From an uncultured Spirochaetota bacterium (GTDB taxonomy: Bacteria; Spirochaetota; Spirochaetia; SZUA-6; Fen-1364), in contig CAWJSK010000012.1 in assembly GCA_963845535.1 (NCBI GenBank), forward strand, positions 608,001 through 672,000: 64,000 nucleotides of DNA, given 5' to 3'. The notes under the pieces were generated by a model, which worked only from the letters and a program-made list of their open reading frames with translations, did not search any database and was not told the origin of the DNA. Of the stretch, positions 27,460-38,900 are shown piece after piece; within the stretch, counting starts at the first letter, position 1, and each line of letters begins with the position of its first letter. The position numbers and the translations under genes were made by a program.

Positions 27460-28533
27460 ATGCAAGAAACGCGGCATACGATGGTGCGCGGCGACGCCTC
27501 CGACATGTCGTTCCTCCCTGATTCCTCCGTTGCCTGCGTGGTCACGTCACCGCCGTATCCCATGATCGAGATGTGGGATGATCTTTTCTGTGCGCGCGAC
27601 CCGCGAATATCAGCGGCGCTGGATTCAGGGGATGGGCTTCGCGCGTTCGACTTGATGCACGGGGACCTTGACCGCGCGTGGCGCGAGGTCCATCGGGTGC
27701 TCATCGAAGGCGGATGGGCTTGCGTCAACATCGGCGACGCCACGCGGACGATCGACGGGCGCTTTCGGCTCTATCCGAACCACGCGCGGGTGCTCTCCGC
27801 GTGCGCCTCCCTGGGATTCGACATCCTTCCTGCCGTGCTGTGGCGCAAGCAGACCAATGCTCCCAACAAGTTCATGGGGTCCGGGATGCTGCCTGCCGGT
27901 GCTTACGTTACCCTCGAGCATGAATACATCCTGCTGATGCGAAAAGGGGCAAAGCGCGAGTTTTCCCGCCCCGAGGAGAAGGAGACGCGGAGGCAAAGCG
28001 CTTACTTCTGGGAGGAAAGAAACCGATGGTTCTCCGACACCTGGGACTTCAAGGGGACCCGTCAGGACATCCCGAGCCGGGAGCAGCCCCTTTTGTTCGA
28101 AACCGGTGAGCATTCACGTGACCGTAGCGCCGCGTTCCCTTTCGAGCTTCCTTACCGGCTCATCAACATGTACTCCGTGCGGGGTGACATAGTGCTGGAT
28201 CCCTTTGTCGGGACAGGGCGGACCATCCTGGCTGCCATGGCAAGCGGACGCCACAGCATGGGAGTGGACGTGGATGACAACCTCCTCCGTCAAGCGGCGG
28301 CGGAAGCTCGCGCGGCCGCGCCGTTTCTCAACGGTTTTCTCGAGGACAGGACGGCGGCTCACGCAAGGTTCGTCGATGATCGCACCAGCGGGGGCAAGGG
28401 AGCCCTTTCTCATGTCAACGGACCGCACGGGTTTCCCGTCATGACGGCCCAGGAGGAAGACTTGAGGCTGGAATACATTGACCGGGTGGAGGCCTGCGCC
28501 GACGGGTCCTTCCGCGTTTCTTATTGCGCCTGA
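27460..28533 (+). CDS. Site-specific DNA methyltransferase (N4-cytosine/N6-adenine, beta class), orphan
   Basis: Motif IV VVTSPPY near the N-terminus, AAFPFELP, motif I VLDPFVGTGRT near the C-terminus. Confidence 0.9.
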   Translation: MQETRHTMVRGDASDMSFLPDSSVACVVTSPPYPMIEMWDDLFCARDPRISAALDSGDGLRAFDLMHGDLDRAWREVHRVLIEGGWACVNIGDATRTIDGRFRLYPNHARVLSACASLGFDILPAVLWRKQTNAPNKFMGSGMLPAGAYVTLEHEYILLMRKGAKREFSRPEEKETRRQSAYFWEERNRWFSDTWDFKGTRQDIPSREQPLLFETGEHSRDRSAAFPFELPYRLINMYSVRGDIVLDPFVGTGRTILAAMASGRHSMGVDVDDNLLRQAAAEARAAAPFLNGFLEDRTAAHARFVDDRTSGGKGALSHVNGPHGFPVMTAQEEDLRLEYIDRVEACADGSFRVSYCA

Positions 28534-29393
28534 CCGATGACGCGCAGGAACTCCCGGGGGGTCTCCTGGTGAGGGAGATGCCCGGCTTCCGGGATGACGG
28601 CAAGCTTTGCCCCGGGATGGCGTCGGGAGGTCCTTTCTCCCGTCTCTACCGGCACGATGTGGTCCCGCCCGCCCCAGACGTACAGCGTCGGAATGGGGAG
28701 CGCCCTCGCCCTCCGCGTGAGAAGCCTTCCTTTCAGGATAAGCCAGCCGACAAAGCTCCTGAGGATGGAAAAATACGCGCGCATCTGGCTGCGGCTTGCC
28801 ACCCGTTCTGCGACCCTTTCCCGCAGGAACTCCCGTTCTTCCGCGGGAAGAGCGTCGAGGTCCGCGTAATACGGCCGTAGCGAGCCATACGCGGCGTCGA
28901 GGTCTCCGGCAAGCCTCCTGTACCTGCTTTCCCCGAGTCCGGGCAGGAGCCCAAGCAGCATGCCCGCATCCAGACGAGCCCCATCGAGGAGCCCGCCATC
29001 CACGAGGATGAGGCGCGAAACCATTTCAGGATGCGCAAGGGCAATCCCCTCGGCAAGGGTCGCGCCAAGGGAGCTCCCCACGAGGGTCACGGGTGCCATG
29101 CCAAGGTGCCGCACCAGCTCCGTGAGCACAGCAATCAGATAGGAGGGAGCAAGGCGGCCACGCGGAGGCATCGGGCTCCTCCCAAATCCGGGGAGGTCGG
29201 GAGCAACGACGTGATGTCTCTCGGCGAGAGCATGGATGACGCGGCGCCATGTGTCAGCCTCATCACCGAGCCCGTGCACGAGGAGCATGCCCGGCGCACC
29301 AGGAGCGCCAGCTTCATAAAGGAAGACCGTGTTGCCTGAAGCGGGCAGGGTCACGCTGCGGGCAAGGGGGCCGAGCTTCGGGGGAACTCGCAT
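28521..29393 (-). CDS. Alpha/beta fold hydrolase
   Basis: LVHGLGD, APDLPGFGRS, LVGSSLG, WGGRD, AGHLPHQE. Confidence 0.9.
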   Translation of the reverse strand: MRVPPKLGPLARSVTLPASGNTVFLYEAGAPGAPGMLLVHGLGDEADTWRRVIHALAERHHVVAPDLPGFGRSPMPPRGRLAPSYLIAVLTELVRHLGMAPVTLVGSSLGATLAEGIALAHPEMVSRLILVDGGLLDGARLDAGMLLGLLPGLGESRYRRLAGDLDAAYGSLRPYYADLDALPAEEREFLRERVAERVASRSQMRAYFSILRSFVGWLILKGRLLTRRARALPIPTLYVWGGRDHIVPVETGERTSRRHPGAKLAVIPEAGHLPHQETPREFLRVIGQAQ

Positions 29394-29513
29394 GCGAGGC
29401 ACGATAGGCGTTCGACGGATCAGAATCAAGTGCGCCGAAACTGTGCACCGACACGCACAGCACTAAACCGGGTTAAGCAACACTTTTTTGCGCTTTTGTG
29501 GTATCTTTCATTC

Positions 29514-29927
29514 ATGAGGAAGAATGAGCTCAAAACAGAGGAACACTGCCAGGCGGAGACCCTCCGGCTGCTGGCTGACTATACCACATTGCGCATCATC
29601 GACTTTCTGCGCTCTTCGGAGCTTCGCTTCACGGAGCTGCAGCGAGCCTTGGGAGACACCAACTCGGTGACCCTGACGAAGCGGTTGAAGACGTTGGAGA
29701 CCGCGGGGATCCTGGAACGCCGGGAGGCGACCTTCGACCGGCAATCAGTAACCTATTCCCTGAGTCCTTTGGGCCAGGGTCTCCTGCCCGTGCTGCGTGA
29801 GATACAGGCATTCACGCACCGGCTGCACGCCGTCCTCAGTGCGCCCGCGGGGCATGGCACCCCTGTCGCAGCGCCGCGCGCTACGGGACCCCGCGTCAGT
29901 CCGCGAGCCGCTCCGAGACTCTCCTAA
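29514..29927 (+). CDS. HxlR-family winged-helix transcriptional regulator
   Basis: LRFTELQRAL...TLTKRLKTLE..GILER...VTYSLSPLGQGLLPVL. Confidence 0.85.
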   Translation: MRKNELKTEEHCQAETLRLLADYTTLRIIDFLRSSELRFTELQRALGDTNSVTLTKRLKTLETAGILERREATFDRQSVTYSLSPLGQGLLPVLREIQAFTHRLHAVLSAPAGHGTPVAAPRATGPRVSPRAAPRLS

Positions 29928-29966
29928 ACTCCGCCATTATGCGGGCCGACCTTGACGAGAGTATCG

Positions 29967-32900
29967 CTACCTCACGACGAGCACCTTGCGGATCTCGTCA
30001 AAGCCCGGACCCACCACTCTGATGAAGTAGATCCCGCGAGCCACGGCGCGTCCGCCGCGGTTCTTCCCGTCCCAGGAGGTCGTGTACTCTCCCGAGCTCT
30101 GCGATCCGCGCTGGAGGACATTCACGATACTCCCGCTGAGATCGAATACAGTGATCGTCACGGGGCCAGGCGCGCTCACCGTATAGTGCACGTACGCCGT
30201 GTCGCCGTTTGCCGGGCGGATGACGTTGTTCGTTATGGTGACGCCGCCGCGCTGCTGGACAATGGCGTGGAGCATGTATTCGAAAGGCCGGGCGGCGGCG
30301 GGATTCGATGGCTCGGCGAGAAGAACGCAAGGTAGAACGTGAGGAGATGGCAGCGCGTTGTCGCTGAGGAGAAACACGAACTGGAACAGCGCCCCATCTT
30401 TGATTGCCGCGTTGTTCGGCTGAATGATGAAATCGCGAAGCGCTCCGTTTGCTGCGGATGAAGGGACTGAGGTCGCCTGCAGGTCGGCAGGGTAATGCGC
30501 GCTGATCACCGCCGCCAGATTTCCCAGGGACCATAAGAGTTGTGGCCCCAGGCGGGATCCAGAGGTTGTTGAAGTCATTCGCTGCAGGCGGGTTGATGTC
30601 CCAGAACAAAGTGACGGTTGCCGTGGACAAACTTGGCGGTATGATCTTCGCCTCCAGGAAGACGTTCTGAGGCGGCAGCCACTGCGAGCCGTCGAAATTG
30701 GTCACCATGCCAATGCCGCCTCGTGCCGGATCACGCGTTATGTTCTGGTCCTCGGCAAGCACCGGGGCGACAAACCCTATGCCCACATCGGAGATATTGT
30801 GAGCGGGCGCGGTAGGGCCGGGAGCAGAGCTCACCGCGAGCATTGCCCTCCCGCTGAATGGGGCCACGGCGGAAACGCTGGGAGGAAGGTTCCCGTCGAG
30901 GTTCGTATTCGCGTACGCGCCGGGGTTGCCAGAAGAATGAGTCTGTGACGCCGCCGCGGCATTGGACGGGTAGTTGAACGTGGTCGGATATGGCTGCTGG
31001 CTCCAGATCTGTCCCGTGCCGGCAACGGTTGCCGCGCTGATCGTCTGACCTCCCGGCTGGAGAAGATCAGCTACACCCAGGGCAGCGGGAAGAGTCACAA
31101 GCGCGCCGTGAGCCCCTTTGCCGCTCGTCTCAGCAAGCTGCACCGTCAGCGCGCCTGCCACGGAATACGACAGGTTCGCGCCTGCAATCGACGTGGTCTC
31201 CATGTCGTCTCCATACACCGGCTCGGAGAAGTGCACGTAGGCCTGGGTACTGCCCAGAGCGGCAACCGTGTAGGTGATGACTGGGCGAGCCCCGCTTGCG
31301 GCAACATACAGCTTTGTGCTCCCTGACGTGTTGTGCGCCACCAGGGCGCCTCCGACCATGCTGCCGAGGGTGGTGTTTGCCGTCACCTGCCACGTAGGCG
31401 TGGCGTTCGTGTCTTCCTGCGTCCCCTCCTGCAGGAGAATGTCGAAAACGTCCGTGTTCGCTCCGACAGACGCATAACCCTGGACACTGTAACCTTGCAC
31501 CTGGACCTGCAGCCCGCCGAAGCTGTCATTCAGCGGCGTGCCCTGAACCTGTACGCGTATCCGGTCAATCCTCCCGTTGTTGTTCGTATCCAGCGTCCAG
31601 CTCGCAACAATGGGAATCGAGAAAACCCAGTTGTAGTTGCTGCCGCCATCGTTCACGTTCGCGCCGGGAATAATGGGGTTCGTTGCCCAGCTCCACGAAA
31701 CATTCACGTTGTTGACATTCGGCGCCAGGCCGTTATTCGTAATGACCCACTGCCCCTGCAAGTTCGGCGGAGGGGCTCCATTGGCCGTTGCAATCGGATT
31801 ATCGGTGGTAAGCGTGATCAGAGAGGAGCCGCTCCCCAGCACCGTGAAGCTCCCTCCGGCATTGATGGTCTGCGTCATCAGGTGCTGGAACTGGATGGTC
31901 TTGCCGGCTGCGCTGGCCGCCGTGACGGTGAAGTCATACCAGCTGTTGTTTCCCATAATCGTCAGCGCTGCCGGCATCTGCAGGGTGAAAGAAACTGTCC
32001 CGCTTCCAGGATTGAAGGTGCGCCGATGTTGTTCCAGTGGGCCCGTTCATCGTGATGTGTAGGCCCCCGCGCTCAAGGTCCCGTTCAGGCCCAGCGTGTT
32101 GTTGATCCCGATGTTGGCCTGCAAAGTCACGTTCGCCGGTGCCGCAATCGTGAGGTTGTAGAATGTCGCGGGAGCCTGAAGAAAGCCAGTGCCCGTGAAG
32201 GTCACGGTGCTGCTTGTTGCAGTAAACGTGCCCACGTTCCAGTTGCCACCAACGCTGATTGCTTCAGAGGCTGTGGCTGTCAACGCTCCAGCCCCCGTCA
32301 GGTTCACGCCCATGCTCAGCGGCGAACCCGCCCAGCGTAAGCGTCCCGGCAGTGATGGTCAGATTGTTGGAGGCCTGCAGCGCGCCTGCCAGGCTCCCCC
32401 CGCTGGCCAGCGTCAGATTGTAGAACGGATCGGTGCCGATCCCCTTGGTGGTGATCACGGGAGTCGCAGTCGGGCTGAGTGAAATCGTGGAGGTTCCAGC
32501 CGTGAAGGTGAACAGCCCCGCCGAGGAGTTCCACGCTCCGGCAATCGTATGTGTGAAAAGCGTCCCGGCCGCCCACGTCCCTTCCGTCAGCGTCAGCGCG
32601 TTGGTCACCGTCAGCCCCCCGGTGGAGGTCACCGGTCATAGCCTGCGCAGCCTTGTTGATTATAAGGTTGTAGAAGCTCAACCCGGCCACATTCGCCGGC
32701 GTGGCTCCACTGAGCTCTACGGTCCCGTTGTCGCTCGTAAAGCTTGTGGAAATGTCCACGTCCCCGCCGACGTTCAGCACGCCCGCGGGAGCCAGGAGGT
32801 TTGCAAGAGTCGTCCCCGCCGTACCCACGTACCCGCCCACGCTCAGCACATGCCCGCCCGCCACAAGGTGCGCATCCAACGTACCCGCCGCTCCACTGAC

Positions 32901-35900
32901 GTTCCCACCCACTGTCTGGGTGCCTGCGATATCCGCGAGCACCAGGGTGCCCGCGCTCACCGTCAGGTTATTGCCCACGCTGAGCGCAATGCCCGCGCTG
33001 TAGCTTGTCACGCCTCCCGTGCTCTTGCTCAGATTGTAGAAAGCGCTGGAGGTGAAGATGGTGCCGGTGCCGGTGAAAGCCACTGTTCCGCTGTTGGCCG
33101 TGTACGTCGTCACATCCCAGTTGGAGCCCACGTTCAACGTGCCCGCGGGTGCTGACAAGGTTGCCAAGGGCGTACCGCTGGTGCCGAGGTAGCCGCCCAC
33201 CGTCACGCTGCCCGTGGCCACCAGGTGCGCATCCAATGTCCCTGCGCCGCTGACGTTGCCCGTGATGGCGTGCGTCCCGTCAGCCAGCACCAGCGTGCCC
33301 GTCGGTGATGGTCAACGGTCCGCTGACATTCAACGCCGAGTCCTTCCACTGACCCCCCGTACCGTTGAATGTCAAAGATGAGTACGCATCACCCAGCACC
33401 AGGTTCGTGCCGGTGTAGTTGGCTGTCCCGTCATACATGACCGCCCCGCTCAGCGCCGTGCTGCCGAAGGTCACTACCTCCCCGCCCTGAAGTGTCAACG
33501 TCGTGCCAACAGCGCTGGTCACGGCACCTGTCACGCCCAGTCCGTTGCCGTTGAGTGTCACCGACCCAGCGGTCAGAGTCACGGAGGCCGCCGTGATGGC
33601 CGCTGACAAAGTCCAGGATCCTCCAACCCCGTTGAAGCTTAGCGCGCCGAACTTCGTCATCCCCGACAGCCCCAGTCCACCTGTCGTCCCATAGAACGTC
33701 ACCGCTCCGGCGCTCGCCCCCGCGGGGAGGGTAACCGACTCCAGCGCGCTGCCCACCGCCTTCAGCGTCCCGATGTTGCTGTACGTCGTCGTGACGCTCA
33801 ACGTCTTGCCAGCCACGTCCCACACCGCCCCTGCCTGGACGGTCATCCCCACCACGCTCAGGTTCACGTCCTGCACCGGCTGAGTCCCACCCGGGGGTAT
33901 CGTGATCGCATTCGAAGGCCCGGGCACAAACCCACCTGACCAGTTCGTCGGCGCGTTCACCGAGCTTGTCCCACCGGTCAGCCACGTCAGTGCACTTCCC
34001 CCAAAGTTCCAGTTGGTGTTGTTCCCCGCGTCAAACGAATTGCCTGGCGTTACCACCGTGTTCGCCGTGCTGTACGTTACACTGGCAAAGCTTACGTTCG
34101 TGGTACCCGTGTCGTTGAGCGTCCACGGGCTGGCCGCGCTCCCCTGCAGCACGATCAGGCTCCCTGTGGCGCCCGTGATCAGAAATTGCCCGGCAACGCC
34201 GAATGTCTGCCCACTCTCGAACGTCAACGTACCGCCCGCAACCGCGTAGCTGACGTTGTAAAAGTCCGCCCCCGCGTACAGCGTGTGGGGCCCTGCGCCC
34301 GTGAAGCTCACTGTCCCGTTGTTGTTCGTGAGCGCGGTGACATCCCAGTTCGTGCCCACGTTCAGCGTGCCCGCGGGGGCTGACAGGGCGGCAAGCACCG
34401 CGCCGCTTGTGCCCATGTAACCGCCCACCGTCACGCTGTTCCCCGAGGCCACCAGGTGCGCGTCCAGCGTCCCCGCGCCGCTGACGTTGCCGTCGATGAC
34501 GTAGTTGGCGCTGCCGGCGGTGGCAAGGGCCAGGGTCCCTTGAGTCAGGACCAGGTTCCCCGTGATTGTGGCCGCCGTCGTGATGCTGACCTGGGGGGCC
34601 GTGACATAGGTGTTGTCCACCGTCAGGTTTGCCACGGTGGAATTGGTGAAGTCCACACTCTGCGCCCCAGCGGTCCCGTTCAGCGTGATGGTACCCGTGG
34701 AGGTGACCTTCCCGCCCGCCTGCGTGATGTTGCCCGCTACAAACAGCCCGTTTGCCGCCCATCGCCAACGTCCCCGAGGTCAGCGCCAGCGCCCCAATGG
34801 CATTCGTGGATCCGATGGCCCCGACCGGAGTAACCGAGGAGGTCCCCACCGCTACCGCCAGCCCCTGCACCCCTGCCGCCGCCGCATCCACAGTCGAGGA
34901 GAAGCTCACCGTGGCGCTTGCCGTGGCCACCGTCACGCTTCCCCCCAGGGTCACAACCCCCGTGAACCCCAGCGTTCCTCCCGCGTTCGCGCTCTGGTAG
35001 GTAGGCCCGTTCAAGGTGATTGCGGTCCCCGTCACGCTCTGCGCCCCCGCAGTGAACACGCTGGCAAGCCCCACGGTGGCCGCGCTCACCACTGTGAACC
35101 CCGCCAACTGGTTCACCGAGCCGGTGGAAGTCCCCACCACCCCCACTACGCTCACCCCGCCCGCTCCCGCGGTCAGGCTCAGAGACTGCGCGGGGTTGCT
35201 GTTGATCGTCGAGCTGAAGCCGATGTTCCCGCCGTTGGTGGTCACCCCAATGGCCCCGCCCGCCAGGGCCACCGCCCCCGTGAACCCGATTGCCGCTCCC
35301 GCTGTGGCACTCTCATAGGTGGCAGGCCCGTTCAGCGTGACTGCCGTCCCCGTCACGCTCTGCGCTCCCGTGGTGAACACGCTTGCAAGCCCCACCGTGG
35401 CCGCGCTCACCACCGTGAAGCCCCCCAACTGGTTCACCGAGCCGGTGGAAGTCCCCACCACTCCCCCTACGCTCACCCCGCCCGCTCCCGCGGTCAGGCT
35501 CAGAGATTGCGCTGGGTTGCTGTTGATCGTCGAGCTGAAGCTGATGTTCCCGCCGTTGGTGGTCACCCCGATGGCCCCGCCCGCCAGGGCCACCGCCCCC
35601 GTGAACCCGATTGCCGCACCCGCCGTGGCACTCTCAAAGGTCGCGGGTCCGTTCAGCGTGATTGCCGTCCCCGTCACGCTCTGCGCACCCGTGGTGAACA
35701 CGCTTGCAAGCCCCACCGTGGCTGCGCTCACCACCGTGAACCCTGCGAGCTGGTTCACCGAGGCGGTGGCCGTCCCCACCACTCCCCCTACGCTCACCCC
35801 GCCGGCCCCTGCGGTCAGGCTCAGAGACTGCGAGGGATTGCTGTTGACCGTCGACCCGAAGCTGATGCTCCCGCCGTTGGTCGTGATTGACACCGGCCCT

Positions 35901-38900
35901 GTCAGCGTCACCGCGCCTGTCACCGAAAATCCTGCCGCCGCTCCCGTGTTCTCGATCGTCGCTCCAAGACTTCCCGTCCCGTTCACCGAGATTGGGCGCC
36001 CGTTGAGGTTGAGCGTCCCCGCCGTGTGGATCAGGTTCCCTCCCACCGTCAGCGTGGCCGGTCCATTCAACGTCACCTGGGGGGCCGTGACATAGGTGTT
36101 GTCCACCGTCAGGTTCGCCACCGATGGAATTGGTGAAGTCCACACTCTTGCGCCCCAGCCGTCCCGTTCAGCGTGATGGTCCCCGTGGAGGTGATCTTCC
36201 CGCCCGACTGCGTGATGTTGCCCGCTACAAACAGCCCGTTACCGCCCATCGCCAGCGTCCCCGAGGTCAGCGCCAGCGCCCCTATCGCATTCGTGGATCC
36301 TATGGCACCCGTCGGGGTCACCGTGGAGGTCCCCACTGCTACCGTCAGCCCCTGCACCCCTGCGCCAGCCGCGTCCACCGTCGAGGAGAAGCTCACCGCG
36401 GCGTTTGCCGTGGCCACTGTCACGCTTCCTCCCAGGGTCACCACTCCCGTGAACCCCAGCGTCCCCCCAGCGTTCGCGCTCTGGTAGGTGGGGCCGTTCA
36501 GCGTGATCGCCGTTCCCGTCACGCTCTGAGCCCCCGCGGTGAACACGCTGGAAAGCCCCACCGTGGCCGCGCTCACCACCGTGAATCCTCCCAGCTGGTT
36601 CACCGACGCGGTGGCCGTCCCCACCACCCCCACCACGCTCACTCCCCCCGCCCCAGCGGTCAGGCTCAACGTCTGCGCGGGATTGCTGTTGATCGTCGAG
36701 CTAAAAGTGATGGTCCCACCGTTGGTGGTCACCCCAATGGCCCCGCCGGCCAGTGCCACCGCTCCACTGAACCCGATTGTCGCCGCCGCGGTGGCACTCT
36801 GGTAGGTGGCCGGCCCGTTCAGCGTGATCGCCGTTCCCGTCACGCCCTGCGCCCCCGCGGTGAACACGCTGGACAGCCCCACCGTGGCTGCGCTCACCAC
36901 CGTGAAGCTCGCCAGCTGGTTCACCGACCCCGTGGCCGTCCCCACCACCCCCACCACGCTCACTCCCCCCGCACCAGCGGTTAGGCTCAGCGTCTGCGCG
37001 GGATTGCTGTTGATCGTCGAGCTGAAGCCGATGTTCCCGCCGTTGGTGGTCACCCCAGTGGCCCCGCCCGCCAGGGCCACCGCCCCCGTGAACCCGATTG
37101 CCGCTCCCGCCGTGGCGCTCTCATAGGTGGCGGGCCCGTTCAAGGTGATTGCCGTCCCCGTCACGCTCTGCGCTCCCGTGGTGAACACGCTGGCAAGCCC
37201 CACGGTGGCCGCGCTGACCACCGTGAACCCCGCCAGCTGGTTCACCGAGCCAGTGGAAGTCCCCACCACCCCCACTACGCTCACCCCGCCCGCCCCCGCG
37301 GTCAGGCTCAGAGACTGCGCGGGGTTGCTGTTGATCGTCGAGCCAAAAGTGATGTTCCCCCCGTTGGTCGTGATGGACACCGGCCCTGTCAGCGTCACCG
37401 CTCCACCCACCGAGAAGACTGCCGCCGCTCCCGAGTTCTGGATTGTCGCACCAAGGCTCCCCGTCCCCGTCACAGAGATCGCGTGCCCGCTGAGGTTCAG
37501 CGTCCCCGCCGTGTGGACGAAGTTCCCTCCCACCGTCAGCGTAGCCGGTCCATTCAGCGTCACCTGGGGAGCGGTGGCAAAAGTGTTGTCCACCGTCAGG
37601 TTCGCCACCGTGGAGTTGGTGAAGTCCACCCCTTGCGCCCCAGCCGTCCCGTTCAGCGTGATGGTCCCCGTGGAGGTGATCTTCCCCCCAGCCTGCGTGA
37701 CGTTGCCCGCCACAAACAGCCCGTTTGCCCCCATCGCCAGCGTCCCCGATGTCAGCGCCAGGGCGTTCGTGACCGTGACAGTCGTGTTGGCAGTGGTTGT
37801 TCCGGCCGTGCTCTCGGTGAGATTGTAGAAGCTGGTGGCGGAGTAGATGGTGCCGGTGCCGGTGAAGAGCACCGTGCCGTTGTTGGAAGTAAAGCTCGTG
37901 ACGTTGAAGTTCCCCGCAACATTCAGCGCGCTCGCAGGTGCCGACAGGGTGGCAAGCGCCGCGCCGTTGGTACCTACGTATCCGCCCGCTGTCACGCTGT
38001 TGGCTCCCGCCACCACGTGCGCGTCCAGCGTCCCCGCCCCGCTCACGTTGCCGGTGAGCGTGTGGCTGGTGTTGGACAATATGAGCGTACCGGAAGTGAT
38101 CACTAATGACGTGGTCACCGTGAGGCTGCTGGCAGCAGTCCAGGAGTTGGTCCCTGTTGTCTGGAACTGGACGTTTGTATAAGAGCTCCCGGCAGCAAGA
38201 GACGCATAGGCGGTTGCGCCGCCGTTTCCATAGTAGAGAATGGTGCCTGGCGCGGGAGCGCCCAGCGAGCCGGATATTGTCTCCCCTCCCTGCAGCCTGA
38301 GCGTTCCGACGTTCGCGAACGCGGACGGGCCGGTGAGGTTCTTGCCGGCAAGGTCGAAGCTCGCCGTGGCCAGCGAAACTCCGATCCTGAGGGTTCCCAG
38401 CACGCTTGACGTTCGCGGAGAGAGCGGCCGAAGCTCCGTCAGCCACGCTGATGTTGTTGAATGAAGAGGCGCCCGGGTTGACGGCGCTCGTACCGTTGAA
38501 GGTCACCGTTCCACTTCGCGCAAGGAAGATACCGGCATTCGTCCAGTTCGCGGCAATCCCGATCGGGAAATTGCTCCCGGCCGTCGTGTCGAGGCTCCCC
38601 GCCGTGACGTTGAGGCTGCCGTTGACCTGGATGGCGGAGTCCAGGGACACACCCCCGCCCGTATTGCTGATGGTAAGGTTATTGAATGGGTTCCCTCCGG
38701 TCGCTACGGTCTGTGACCCCGTTCCGTTCAGTACCACGGTTGCCGTGCCGGCGGTGAACGTTGCCCCCGAGGCCACGGACCAGTTGCCTGCAACGGTGAT
38801 CTGGTTTGCCCCAGGGGAAAGCCCCCCCCCACGATAAGCAGGTTCTCGTTCACCACAACGTTGGCGGCGAGCGTCATGGCGTTGGAATCGATCTCAAGGC

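Noticed and set aside
34611..37760. Repeats as a diversity-generating retroelement template/variable pair
   Set aside because: No reverse transcriptase in the window; differences are not adenine-specific and all copies are coding.
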